The notes below the pieces were generated by a model. That model was given only the letters and a program-made list of their open reading frames with translations. It was not told where the DNA came from and made no database searches. Positions 43,981 through 53,582 of a stretch of 64,000 nt of DNA are shown here, piece by piece (the stretch's first letter is position 1; the number at the start of each line of letters is the position of its first letter). Source of the DNA: Candidatus Anstonellales archaeon (GTDB lineage Archaea; Micrarchaeota; Micrarchaeia; Anstonellales; J096); the NCBI GenBank assembly GCA_038890745.1, contig JAWAFD010000004.1:1-64000 (forward strand). Direction: 5' to 3'. Both the position numbers and the translations under genes were made by a program.

Positions 43981-45231
43981 ATGAGATTAGATGAACTCAA
44001 TCATTGGTGGGTTGAAAAACAGGTAAAAAAAGAGTTTGCACCAACAACACGCAGGGTTCTCTTCAACACCATTAAAAAAGAACTTAGTCGCAGACAAGTC
44101 CAGATAGTTGTTGGATTAAGAAGGGTTGGTAAATCAACAATATTCTACCAACTTATAGATGACCTAATCAGATGTGGCACAGATCCCATGCACATTGTTT
44201 ATTGCAACTTTGATGAACCAGAGCTACAAGAAAAAAGGGTTGATGATCTACTCAAAGAGTATTCAAAGTTAACTAATGTAGATTATAAGAAAGAAAAGAT
44301 CTACTTATTTTTAGACGAAGCACAAAAAGCTAAAAACTGGGTTGCGGATGTAAAACTGATTTATGATAACCTGCGCAATATAAAAATCTTGGTTTCTGGT
44401 TCGGCATCGCTGAATCTTCTATGTGAAGCTAAAAAAAGTTTGGCTGGTAGAGCTATACACTACGAGTTAAGGCCATTAAGCTTCAGTGAATTTTTAGACC
44501 TGAAAGGTATTCGAATTGAAAAAACAAGATTCCTGCTGTATCGAGAAGTACTTGAAAAGGAGTTTGACAAATTTCTTATGAGACCTTTCCCAGAGCTCAT
44601 TGCTGAAAAAGACACGAGATTTATCAAAAATTATATAAGAAGTTCTGTGATCGAGCCAATTATCCTAAAAGACATCCCAAAAGAGTTTAAAGAAGTTGAT
44701 ATTCTCTTATTAGAAAAACTTCTTAACATCTTTCTCACAAGGCCCGGCCAGTATCTACGGCTTGATGAACTGGCTAAAGAACTAAAGCGAGCCAAAACAA
44801 CCCTATACAAAGCCCTATTCTATCTTGAATTCTCATTTTTAATTAAAAGGGTCTTAAACTTCAGACCTTCCATAAGAGCCGCATCCAGAAAACTGGCTAG
44901 GGTTTATGCTTATCATCCGTGCTTGCTCCTTCCTTTTGACGTAAGTGAGGAACAGTTCGCAGAGAATCTTGTACTATTTGAATTAAACACAAGATATTAT
45001 TGGCGTGACAAGGAAAGGGAGATTGATTTCTTAGCAGACTCAATCCCCGTGGAAGTCAAGCTCAAACCCAGAATCAGTAAAGAGGATACACGGTGGATAG
45101 AATTCTTTCTAAAAAAATATGGGAGGAGTTTGAACATCCAGAAGGCTTACATCATTACAAAAAATTTAGAGGGAAGAATGGATAACATCCAATTAATTCC
45201 GCTATGGAAATTTTGTTTTGAAGGGCTCTGA
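43981..45231 (+). CDS. AAA+ ATPase of the AAA_14/DUF4143 type
   Basis: GLRRVGKS, LFLDEAQ, SGSAS, C-terminal EIDF..PVEVK nuclease-like motif. Confidence 0.88.
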   Translation: MRLDELNHWWVEKQVKKEFAPTTRRVLFNTIKKELSRRQVQIVVGLRRVGKSTIFYQLIDDLIRCGTDPMHIVYCNFDEPELQEKRVDDLLKEYSKLTNVDYKKEKIYLFLDEAQKAKNWVADVKLIYDNLRNIKILVSGSASLNLLCEAKKSLAGRAIHYELRPLSFSEFLDLKGIRIEKTRFLLYREVLEKEFDKFLMRPFPELIAEKDTRFIKNYIRSSVIEPIILKDIPKEFKEVDILLLEKLLNIFLTRPGQYLRLDELAKELKRAKTTLYKALFYLEFSFLIKRVLNFRPSIRAASRKLARVYAYHPCLLLPFDVSEEQFAENLVLFELNTRYYWRDKEREIDFLADSIPVEVKLKPRISKEDTRWIEFFLKKYGRSLNIQKAYIITKNLEGRMDNIQLIPLWKFCFEGL

Positions 45232-45256
45232 CCCTTAAAAGATAATGAGCTTATTT

Positions 45257-47548
45257 TTATATCCTCCCCAGCTTCTTTTTCAGCATCTCCTTTGCCTCGT
45301 TTATTTTTCCGTGCGGGACAATAATGAGTGCGGTTGCGTTCCCCTCTTTCACTAAAAACGCGTTCTCCTTTTTTCCCAGGCATTCAACCTTTTCTATCTC
45401 TTCCCCAAAACTTTCTTTTACCAAGCTTTCCATTTCGCTCAGGAGTTTGAGCATGAGAATTTTGAGAACGTTTGCCTTTCCTTTTGCAAAATGTCCGCCG
45501 AGCAGTTTTCCATCTTTTACGATTATCCCACCGCTCGCGATTCCTTTTCTCACCATTGCACTTATCAAACTCTGCGCCATCCCTTCAGGACCCTTCACGC
45601 TTCTCTGAAGCACTTCTCCCTCAAGCGCAACCCCTTCCTCAGGGTGCTCCTCAACAAACCTGTTTGCTGCCCAAACCCTCCATGCCTGCGGAATGCTTAT
45701 CATGCTATCAAGAGCAACAGCATCGCTTTCCTCCAAAAGGGATAGGATGTAAGCCTCCCATCTTGGCCAGCTCTCCTTGCTTATTTCTTCCTTTTCCTTA
45801 AGGCCAGCCTTCGCATCCTCTATTTTTTCTGTGTATGCTTTTAGTATATCCCTAACCGCCCTTTGGTCTTCATTCTCAGCAATCATCTTTTCCAGTCTTT
45901 CTAGCGGAACAGATATGAGAAGATCGTACTCTTTTGTTGTGTCTATTTTTTTCTCATTGTAAACATTTATCTCATGCCTTAGCTCCTCCATAAGCTCTTT
46001 TAGTTTCTTCAATTTCAGCGCGTTTGCTTGCGGGCTCAACTCAATAATACTTTTGTAGTATTCCTTTCCACCTACTATTCCTTTTATCTTATCCTCAATC
46101 ACAATGTAAAGGAGGTTAACTCCTAAGAAAAATGTAATGAATGCCAAAAACCCACCGAAATCCTTTCCAAGATATTCTATTGTGGCGCTGAAAACAAGCT
46201 CCTGCTCTGCAACCGGTTTTGCAACATAATGCTGGAGTACGTATCCTGCGCCCAACAGCAACACTGCTCCGAGAACATACCTTCCCCAATAAACATTTGC
46301 CTCGCCTAGAGAACGCTTAAACTCCTTCAAAATATCCTTTTTATCTGTTATTGCAAAAACTATCGAAAGGAGAGATTTTAGAATTTGAATAAGGATGAGG
46401 GAGAGAACGCTCCAGAATGCGATGGAGGTTGCAAGGGCTATGTAGTATCCGTACTGAACTGTTTTTGAGAAAACATTTTTTGTTATATCCGCGGCCTCTC
46501 TGAAGAAAGGAACTGTTTCAAGAGAGATCACCCTTATCGTAATATCCGGTGTACTCCACCTGCTGAAAACATCCTCGCGTGGCTCAAGCGTCGCAATTGC
46601 GGAATAAAGAAGGAAATATTTTGGGTAGGTTGAGGATTTTATAACCGGCCAGACTATTTTTACCGGTGCGTGCTCATAAACATTCCCGCCCTGGAATAGA
46701 TTCAGTTTTATCATGGAAGAGCTAAGCACATTCGGAAGCCGGTCTTTTACATATGTTTCAACATACGCGCCTTTTTCTTCACTATCAACCTGCAGAAGAA
46801 TGGTATACTCATAACTTGTGATCGTTCTTGTTGAATTCCCTACCCTCCTCATTATCTGCCTTATTTTTTCTGTATCATAATTTATTGGAGTGCATATCCC
46901 GAATGCATTTTTGTCCATGAGTGGGTTTGCGTTTATCTCCATCGTGAGAACAAGGATTCTGTCTAGTTTTTGAAGGACGGATGCCTTCTGCGTTTTGCTT
47001 GCCGTGTTTAGGGTTAGTAGCGAGTTTTCCACTTCGGTTATGAGATTATTAAGCTCGTTTATTTCAGAGTAAAATGAGTAGATAGAATACCCAAGGGGCT
47101 CTTTTGCATACTCTTTATATTTTCCGCATGCAGGAGAGGTGCAGATATCAGAGCATGTTTCAACGCTCGTGCATGAACCTGTTCCTATCCCAATATTCTG
47201 TTTGCATCTGAGCTCGCTCTCCTGTTTGTTTGCGCTGAAAGAAAGCATTAGCGACTGCATCTCATTTATATCCTGTTCTGAGAGGTCGTTCACTGCATAG
47301 ACTGTTGTCTCAGCTTCCTTCGGAGAAGCTATTAAAATTCTCGTAAATGTAATCTTTGCCCCTTCTTCTTCAACAACATAGGGCGAAAATTTGTAATACC
47401 GCACATCTGCAATCCCGTCATTATCTATATCCTCGACGCTCACAGCGTATATTTTTTCATACTCTCCAATCTCGACCTTTCTTTCCCTTATACACCCGGA
47501 GGAGATCAAAAGAAGAAAAGCAATTAAAACAAACGAAAACTTTCGCAT
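45257..47548 (-). CDS. multidomain membrane protein (lipobox-like N-terminus, Cys-rich ectodomain, TMs, coiled coil)
   Basis: LLISSGC; CTSVETCSDICTSPAC; three hydrophobic helices; cytoplasmic tail. Confidence 0.75.
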   Translation of the reverse strand: MRKFSFVLIAFLLLISSGCIRERKVEIGEYEKIYAVSVEDIDNDGIADVRYYKFSPYVVEEEGAKITFTRILIASPKEAETTVYAVNDLSEQDINEMQSLMLSFSANKQESELRCKQNIGIGTGSCTSVETCSDICTSPACGKYKEYAKEPLGYSIYSFYSEINELNNLITEVENSLLTLNTASKTQKASVLQKLDRILVLTMEINANPLMDKNAFGICTPINYDTEKIRQIMRRVGNSTRTITSYEYTILLQVDSEEKGAYVETYVKDRLPNVLSSSMIKLNLFQGGNVYEHAPVKIVWPVIKSSTYPKYFLLYSAIATLEPREDVFSRWSTPDITIRVISLETVPFFREAADITKNVFSKTVQYGYYIALATSIAFWSVLSLILIQILKSLLSIVFAITDKKDILKEFKRSLGEANVYWGRYVLGAVLLLGAGYVLQHYVAKPVAEQELVFSATIEYLGKDFGGFLAFITFFLGVNLLYIVIEDKIKGIVGGKEYYKSIIELSPQANALKLKKLKELMEELRHEINVYNEKKIDTTKEYDLLISVPLERLEKMIAENEDQRAVRDILKAYTEKIEDAKAGLKEKEEISKESWPRWEAYILSLLEESDAVALDSMISIPQAWRVWAANRFVEEHPEEGVALEGEVLQRSVKGPEGMAQSLISAMVRKGIASGGIIVKDGKLLGGHFAKGKANVLKILMLKLLSEMESLVKESFGEEIEKVECLGKKENAFLVKEGNATALIIVPHGKINEAKEMLKKKLGRI

Positions 47549-47571
47549 GTTTAGAATTCAGCGAAATGCTT

Positions 47572-48015
47572 TTAAAAATGAACGCTTTTTCGTTTTTCCC
47601 AATTTTCAACCCCACCCTCGATGACTCTAAAAACCGGATTTGCTTCTATATTTTTTACTGCTTTTATCTCATCATACTTTTTTCTGTCTCTTTTTCTTAA
47701 TTTTTTAAGAAGATGACTGAACTCAAAAATAACCTGGCCCCGAGTGACTTTTATAATCCCTTTCTTTTCAACCGGCTCTATTTTGTTTATGTTAAATTTA
47801 TATCCTCTTTTCCTGCCCTCACTATGGATATAGTAGAGATAAGAATTAATCGCTTCTATTGGTTTTTTGAGATTTTTAAATCTTATAAGCTGCGGATGGT
47901 TTTTGTATCCAATAGTTTTTCCTTCCAAAACTTTTTTTGCCAGCAACCCTTCTCTCCAAACAGCCACAAGCCCTTTTTTATCTAAATATCTTGGGTGTAT
48001 AGACCAAAGCCGCAT
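47572..48015 (-). CDS. pyrimidine dimer DNA glycosylase / T4 endonuclease V-like protein
   Basis: MRLWSIHPRYLDKKGLVAVWREGLLA, GYKNHPQLIRF. Confidence 0.88.
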   Translation of the reverse strand: MRLWSIHPRYLDKKGLVAVWREGLLAKKVLEGKTIGYKNHPQLIRFKNLKKPIEAINSYLYYIHSEGRKRGYKFNINKIEPVEKKGIIKVTRGQVIFEFSHLLKKLRKRDRKKYDEIKAVKNIEANPVFRVIEGGVENWEKRKSVHF

Positions 48016-48069
48016 GCTATCTAAAACAATTCGCAAAAACAAAAAGGAAAAGATAAAAGGGAAAAAAGA

Positions 48070-48285
48070 TTATGCGTTCTTCATCCTCGCCCTGTAAACA
48101 TAACCGTCTTTTCCGAGGAAGTAAAGGTATCCCTCTTCTTTTGTTATCTTTTCATTCCCAACCTTTTTCTTCCTTCCGCTTTTGTTGTGTTTCATCGGTG
48201 TTGCCCAGACATAACCGTCTTTTCCGATGTAGTAGAGATATCCCTCTTCCCTGTTTATCTTTTCCTTCCCAATTCTCTCAGCCAT
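48070..48285 (-). CDS. small basic protein with internal duplication
   Basis: Two copies of G(K/N)EKI..EEGYLY(Y/F)(I/L)GKDGYV; GGTGA SD-like motif. Confidence 0.85.
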   Translation of the reverse strand: MAERIGKEKINREEGYLYYIGKDGYVWATPMKHNKSGRKKKVGNEKITKEEGYLYFLGKDGYVYRARMKNA

Positions 48286-48375
48286 GCTATCACCGAATTA
48301 GAATAGAATGGAAAGATTTATTAAGTTTATCTCGAAGAGAGAAAAGCTTTTAATTCATGAAAAATACTAATTTTT

Positions 48376-49626
48376 ATGGATTTTGGCAAAATTCTGAGAA
48401 AAATTTCTCCTTCACAAGCCGAGAAGCGCATGCTGAATGCAACGGCTAAGGAGGTTGTTTCAAAACTAAAAAAATACATTCCTGCTGAACCCATGCTCAT
48501 GGGTTCCATAGCAAAAGGGACATCCCTAAAAGGCGAGGCGGATGTAGACCTCTTCTTTTTATTCTCTAAAAAATATACAAAGGAGGAGATGGGAAGGATT
48601 GTAATTACCGCGTGCAAGAAAGTTTTCAGGAATGTCCTTGTCCACTACGCAGAGCATCCCTACGCGCGCTTCTACTACAAAAAAATAAAATTCGATATTG
48701 TACCCGCGTACAAATTGGAGAGCGTTTCTGAGATGGGAACATCTGTTGACAGAACGCAATTCCATCTTAAGTATATTAAAAAGCATCTCAGGAAATCCCA
48801 GATTAAGGAGGTTCTTCTGCTAAAACAGTTTCTGAAAGCAAACGATCTTTACGGTGCGGAGATAAAAACACAGGGTTTTTCTGGCTACCTCTGCGAACTT
48901 CTCATCATTGAGCATGGTTCTTTTCTTAACCTTCTGAAAGCCGCGAGCAAATGGAAGCCAAAATTTCCCGAACCGCTTGTTGTGCCAGACCCTGTTGATG
49001 AGAAAAGAAATGTTGCCTCTCCGCTTAGCAGGGAAAATTTTGATAGGTTTGTTGCGCTCGCAAAAGAATTTCTGAAAAATCCAAGCGAGGAGTTTTTCTT
49101 TCCAAAAATAAAAAAACTGAGCAAAAAACAATTGGCAGAAAAATTTTCGAATATCGTTGGGCTTGTTTTTCCTTCTCCAAAAGTTGTGGATGATATAAAA
49201 TGGGGGCAGATCAGAAAATTGAAAAATCAGTTAGAGCATTTTCTTTCTCACAAAGGATTTTTTATTGAAAACATATTTCTGTACGATGATGGAAAGATCT
49301 CAGCATTTATAGTTCATTATTTCCCCGACAGGCTTCCTCCGTATGCGGTTCAGCGCGGCCCGCCAATCACGGATGAAAAAAACGTCCAGGCATTCAAAAA
49401 AAAGCACAGAAAAACATTTGTAAAGGGTGAGAGGGTGTATGCTCTCGAAAAACAGCCGCAGGAAATCGAGCACCATCTCCGCATTTTTCTAAAATCTACT
49501 CTCCCATCGAAATACGAGAAGAATAAAAAGAAAATAAGGATATACAAAAAAGAAAAGGTGTTTAGCAAGTTTGCAGAAATGCTTTCACGACAGATTTTGA
49601 AGAAGAACATTTTTAAACCTTTATAG
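48376..49626 (+). CDS. cca: CCA-adding enzyme (archaeal class I)
   Basis: GSIAKGT, DVDLF, YAEHPY, DIVP, VDRT, GFSGYLCEL, DPVD..RNVA. Confidence 0.95.
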   Translation: MDFGKILRKISPSQAEKRMLNATAKEVVSKLKKYIPAEPMLMGSIAKGTSLKGEADVDLFFLFSKKYTKEEMGRIVITACKKVFRNVLVHYAEHPYARFYYKKIKFDIVPAYKLESVSEMGTSVDRTQFHLKYIKKHLRKSQIKEVLLLKQFLKANDLYGAEIKTQGFSGYLCELLIIEHGSFLNLLKAASKWKPKFPEPLVVPDPVDEKRNVASPLSRENFDRFVALAKEFLKNPSEEFFFPKIKKLSKKQLAEKFSNIVGLVFPSPKVVDDIKWGQIRKLKNQLEHFLSHKGFFIENIFLYDDGKISAFIVHYFPDRLPPYAVQRGPPITDEKNVQAFKKKHRKTFVKGERVYALEKQPQEIEHHLRIFLKSTLPSKYEKNKKKIRIYKKEKVFSKFAEMLSRQILKKNIFKPL

Positions 49627-49640
49627 ACACATTATAGTCC

Positions 49641-51128
49641 ATGGAAACTATTAGTTCAAAAATATCCAACTTGCATAAAGCATACAAACAACTTAATGGC
49701 TACAAAAAAATAAAAGAGGTAGCAAGAGAATTGCGGTTTGAGATCTCTAAAAGGATGTCAACTAGGTACGATATTATTGTTGAGTTTCCTCTTTTTATAG
49801 TACAAAAATATAACCTAAACCCTATTACGAGGCCCATAAAAGTAATAAAAGAAGAAGGAGGAGAATCTGTTTTTAATATCTATCTCCCTCCTATGCATAC
49901 GCATCTTCCAGTGGAGTTTTTGGAGAGATATAGGGCAGAGATGGGAAAATATATACCGTGGTTTGTTGAGAATTATCCGAACCTCCGCACATCCCCCATT
50001 GGTGCAAATGATTTTGATGTTCTGATTACTGTTGTGTTAAGAGAATTGATGAAAACAAACCATTATTTTTTAGAATACCTGCGCGATGAAAACAAGATTC
50101 TTGAAGAAAAAGGACTTAGGAAACGCCTTCTTCTTACCACTGGAGAAGCTTTCATTGTTTTCTTCATCTCAAAAATACAAGAGAAAATATTTAATATGGA
50201 GTTAGAACTAATGAATTTACTTTTGTCCATCATAAAAAGTGATGTGAGCAGAATAGATGTTCTTGCCGTGATACAAAAAGCAGGAAGAGAAAACAACAGC
50301 GCTTTGATTGAAGACTTTATAACCACAGAGCAGAAGAAGTACCATGAACAGAGGATGCAGAAGCTTAAAAGAGATGTTGGGGCTTATACTTGGTTGTTTA
50401 CGGATGAGGAACTTAAGAAATGTATCACCGAAGATGATTACTCCATTATAAAAAGAAAGATTAACTTATGCGATATATTCTCAAAACTTTTTTCAGGCCC
50501 TGATTTTCTTAATCTTGATAAAAAAGCGGATAAAAGTTTAATCCGTTTGATTATAAATATGTCGCTTGGTGCAGGAATAGAGAATGGAGCTGATGCTCTG
50601 AAATGGCTTTTTGAAAACAGAAAAATCTTTGATGCTTTGAATTTACCAGGTTCGAAAATGATATCGCATGCGTTGAAAAGGATTGAGAATCGTAAGATTG
50701 CTGAAACGAACAAAAAACAAAACAGGAGTGGGAAGGTGTCGGTAAAAACGAGTAGTGGCAGTGATAAAAAAAGGGACGATAAGGCAAAACTCAGAGAAAG
50801 AATGAATAAAGTTTGGAGCGAAGAATTACAGAAAAAAATTGAAAATGAAGGGGTTGACCCGCTCGCTGCCTATGCTTGTTTGGAGGCTTTTAAAATGAAA
50901 GGTGGGGCATACCCAACCGGCGCTGCATACAGAAACTTTACAAATGTTATGAAAGCCGCGAGTGGGAAGTATGGTGATAGAGAAAAGATAAATGTTGCGA
51001 TGGAATTTTTGATTTCTATAGGTATTGTTTTGGTCCGTGGGGATAAAAACGAAAAAACCGCAAACCTGACACACTATAACATTAAAGAAGAGTGGCGCGA
51101 GATTGCATTCTGGGTTGAAAAGCCATAA
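49641..51128 (+). CDS. hypothetical protein
   Basis: 495-aa uninterrupted ORF; no recognisable motif. Confidence 0.7.
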   Translation: METISSKISNLHKAYKQLNGYKKIKEVARELRFEISKRMSTRYDIIVEFPLFIVQKYNLNPITRPIKVIKEEGGESVFNIYLPPMHTHLPVEFLERYRAEMGKYIPWFVENYPNLRTSPIGANDFDVLITVVLRELMKTNHYFLEYLRDENKILEEKGLRKRLLLTTGEAFIVFFISKIQEKIFNMELELMNLLLSIIKSDVSRIDVLAVIQKAGRENNSALIEDFITTEQKKYHEQRMQKLKRDVGAYTWLFTDEELKKCITEDDYSIIKRKINLCDIFSKLFSGPDFLNLDKKADKSLIRLIINMSLGAGIENGADALKWLFENRKIFDALNLPGSKMISHALKRIENRKIAETNKKQNRSGKVSVKTSSGSDKKRDDKAKLRERMNKVWSEELQKKIENEGVDPLAAYACLEAFKMKGGAYPTGAAYRNFTNVMKAASGKYGDREKINVAMEFLISIGIVLVRGDKNEKTANLTHYNIKEEWREIAFWVEKP

Positions 51129-51165
51129 AACACACATTTTAAATATTTTTCATATAATATGCATC

Positions 51166-52236
51166 ATGGAAGTTATCTCAACTCTGGGAAGCCATTCTGC
51201 GTTGGATGTGTGCGAGGGCGCTAAGCGACATAATTTTAAGACCCTTGTTGTTTGCAAAAAAGGGAGGGAAAAAACATACGATCAGTATTATAAAACAAGG
51301 GTGAGGAATGGGGTAATAATTGGGGTTGTGGACAGTACAATAATTCTAGATGAGTTCAAGCAGATTGCAAACAAGGATGTGCAGAAAAAGCTGGAGGATA
51401 CAGTTTTTATTCCGAACAGAAGCTTTGCGGTTTATGTTGGCTATGATGTAATAGAAAAGGAAATTCATTTTCCGATTTTTGGGAATAAGTTTTTGCTCAG
51501 GGCAGAGGAGCGGGACGCTCCGAAAAATCAATTCTACCTTCTGGAAAAGGCTGGAATAAAAATACCCAAGGTTTATGAAAGGCCAGAGAAGATAGATTCG
51601 CTTGCGATAGTGAAGGTAAGCGAGGCAAAAAGGCATTATGAAAGGGCTTTTTTTGTTGTTTCATCATATGATGAGTACATGGAAAAGGCAAGCCAGATGC
51701 TGAGCGCAGGAATGGTAAAGGAGGAGGATTTGAAGAATGCGAGAATAGAGGAGTTTGTAATCGGTGCGCAGTTCAATTTCAATTTTTTCTACTCAAAAGT
51801 GAATAACGAGCTTGAGCTTCTTGGGCTTGATACCAGGAGGCAGGTGGATTTGGATGGTTTTCTCCATCTTCCGGCGGATAAGCAGCTGGAGGCTCTGAAA
51901 TACAAAAAACCAAAGAATATAGAAGTAGGCCATTTCGCATGCACTATAAGGGAAAGTTTTTTGGAGAAGGTTTTTGAGATGGGTGAGAAGTTTGTTTCAA
52001 CTGTGGAGAAGGAATATGGAAAGTTTGCGGGCCCCTTTGCCTTGCAAGGAATAATAGATGGTAATGAAGAGATGAAAATATTTGATGTGAGTTTTAGGAT
52101 GCCGGGCTCACCCGGAACGAGGTTTACTCCTTATTGCTATTATTTACACAGAAGAGGGTGCGGGGTTGGAGAAAGGGTTGCTGTTGAGATCCGAGAGGCG
52201 ATAAACAAGGAGATGCTGGATGAGGTGACGACATGA
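51166..52236 (+). CDS. purP: PurP-family ATP-grasp protein (AICAR formate ligase family)
   Basis: LGSHSALD, FIPNRSF, IFGN, ERAFF, IRES, GPFALQ. Start at ATG 51166. Confidence 0.9.
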   Translation: MEVISTLGSHSALDVCEGAKRHNFKTLVVCKKGREKTYDQYYKTRVRNGVIIGVVDSTIILDEFKQIANKDVQKKLEDTVFIPNRSFAVYVGYDVIEKEIHFPIFGNKFLLRAEERDAPKNQFYLLEKAGIKIPKVYERPEKIDSLAIVKVSEAKRHYERAFFVVSSYDEYMEKASQMLSAGMVKEEDLKNARIEEFVIGAQFNFNFFYSKVNNELELLGLDTRRQVDLDGFLHLPADKQLEALKYKKPKNIEVGHFACTIRESFLEKVFEMGEKFVSTVEKEYGKFAGPFALQGIIDGNEEMKIFDVSFRMPGSPGTRFTPYCYYLHRRGCGVGERVAVEIREAINKEMLDEVTT

Positions 52237-53237
52237 TCGCGAAGGAAAAAATAAATAGGATTGTTGAAAGTTATAAAGAGCTAAAAATAGCTACGCTCTG
52301 CTCCCACTCTGCCTTGCAGATTTTTTATGGTGCGAAGTTAGAAGGAATAAAAACAATCGGTATATGTACAAAAGAAAAGAAAAAACTTTACGAAAGATTT
52401 CCGAACACAAAGCCAGATGAGTTTATAATAGTAGATAGTTATAAGGATGTTGATTTCAGCGAGGTTGTTGCCAGAGAAGGAATAATCATTCCACATGGTT
52501 CTTTTGTTGAATATCTTGGGAAAAAACTTGATGCTGCTGAGGTTCCGGTGTATGGAAACAGAAAGTCGCTTGTTTACGAAAGGGATAGAGAAAGGATGCT
52601 CTCCTGGTTGAGGAAGGCCGGAATAAAGGTTCCGAGAACCCTTAAACCAAAAGAAATCAAAAAACCGGCAATAGTCAAGTTTCCGGGAGCAAAGGGGGGG
52701 AGAGGATACCCTATAGTAAAAAGCTATGAAGAGTACAAGAAAAAAGTTGGGGATAGGGAAGCGATCGCACAGGAGTTTATCTCAGGCATAAGAGCATACC
52801 CGCATTATTTTAATTCTATTTTTGAAGGTGTTGAATTGCTCGGGGTTGATAGAAGGATAGAGAGCAACGCGGATGAGTTTGCAAGGGCGATCGCGGCTGG
52901 GTATAAAGACATATCATTTACAATAGTTGCTAATGAAAGCATAATTCTGAGGGAAAGCCTTCTTTTGGAGTATGTAAAGATAGGGGACGCTGTTGTCAGC
53001 GCTTCCAAAAAAATATTTGGTGGAATTTTCGGCCCGTTCTGTGTTGAAACAATAATTACCCCGGATTTAGAGATATACGCATTCGAAATCTCCGCGAGAA
53101 TAGTTGCCGGAACGAACATTCTCTACCATCCATACGCCGAGTTTGCTTATGGAAAGGATATGTTTATCGGAAGAAGGATTGCGGTTGAGCTGAAAAGGGC
53201 ATTTAGAGAAAAAAGGATAAAGGAAATTGTTTACTAA
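52233..53237 (+). CDS. purP: PurP-family 5-formaminoimidazole-4-carboxamide ribonucleotide synthetase
   Basis: TLCSHSALQI, IPHGSFVEY, GAKGGRG, LRESLL, GPFC, FEISARIVAGTN. Confidence 0.92.
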   Translation: MIAKEKINRIVESYKELKIATLCSHSALQIFYGAKLEGIKTIGICTKEKKKLYERFPNTKPDEFIIVDSYKDVDFSEVVAREGIIIPHGSFVEYLGKKLDAAEVPVYGNRKSLVYERDRERMLSWLRKAGIKVPRTLKPKEIKKPAIVKFPGAKGGRGYPIVKSYEEYKKKVGDREAIAQEFISGIRAYPHYFNSIFEGVELLGVDRRIESNADEFARAIAAGYKDISFTIVANESIILRESLLLEYVKIGDAVVSASKKIFGGIFGPFCVETIITPDLEIYAFEISARIVAGTNILYHPYAEFAYGKDMFIGRRIAVELKRAFREKRIKEIVY

Positions 53238-53238
53238 G

Positions 53239-53489
53239 CGCCGGGGGTGGGATTTTCAGCCAAACCACCCTCCAAAACATCCTAAACAGATATGGGGTGG
53301 AAGCGTGATGCGGTGAAACAAGTGCGACCCAAAAGTTTAGGAGGGTTGGGTCGCACCGAAGCCCTCCGGGTTGTTTCATCGCATCAGGGGGGATGACAAA
53401 GAGTTAAAGCCCCCCTGGGCTTTCGAACCCACGCACCCTTTCGGGTAACAGCTTAGCAGGCTGCCGCCATACCTCTAGGCGACCCCGGC
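53239..53489 (-). tRNA. tRNA-Ser(GCT) with 169-nt intron at position 59/60 (intron 53253..53421)
   Basis: GCCGGGG TC GCC..GGC G GCAGC CT-GCT-AA GCTGT, long variable arm ACCC-GAAA-GGGT, GTGGG TTCGAA|intron|T CCCAC CCCCGGC G. BHB: TTCG/TGAA helix with AAA and AAT bulges. Confidence 0.95.
53294..53391. mobile_element. 98-bp repeat with 81-bp MITE-like core (53306..53386; 16-bp TIR), inside the tRNA-Ser intron
   Basis: Reverse complement of 58166..58263 with one mismatch. TIRs TGATGCGGTGAAACAA / TTGTTTCATCGCATCA; inner 11-bp hairpin. Mobility is inferred. Confidence 0.7.
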
Positions 53490-53582
53490 ACACTCTTTTT
53501 TCTGCACAAAAGGCTTTAAAAACTCTCCAAATCCTTTTTAAACATTTCTTATCCTAAATTATTCTTGTTTATGGTGATGGAA

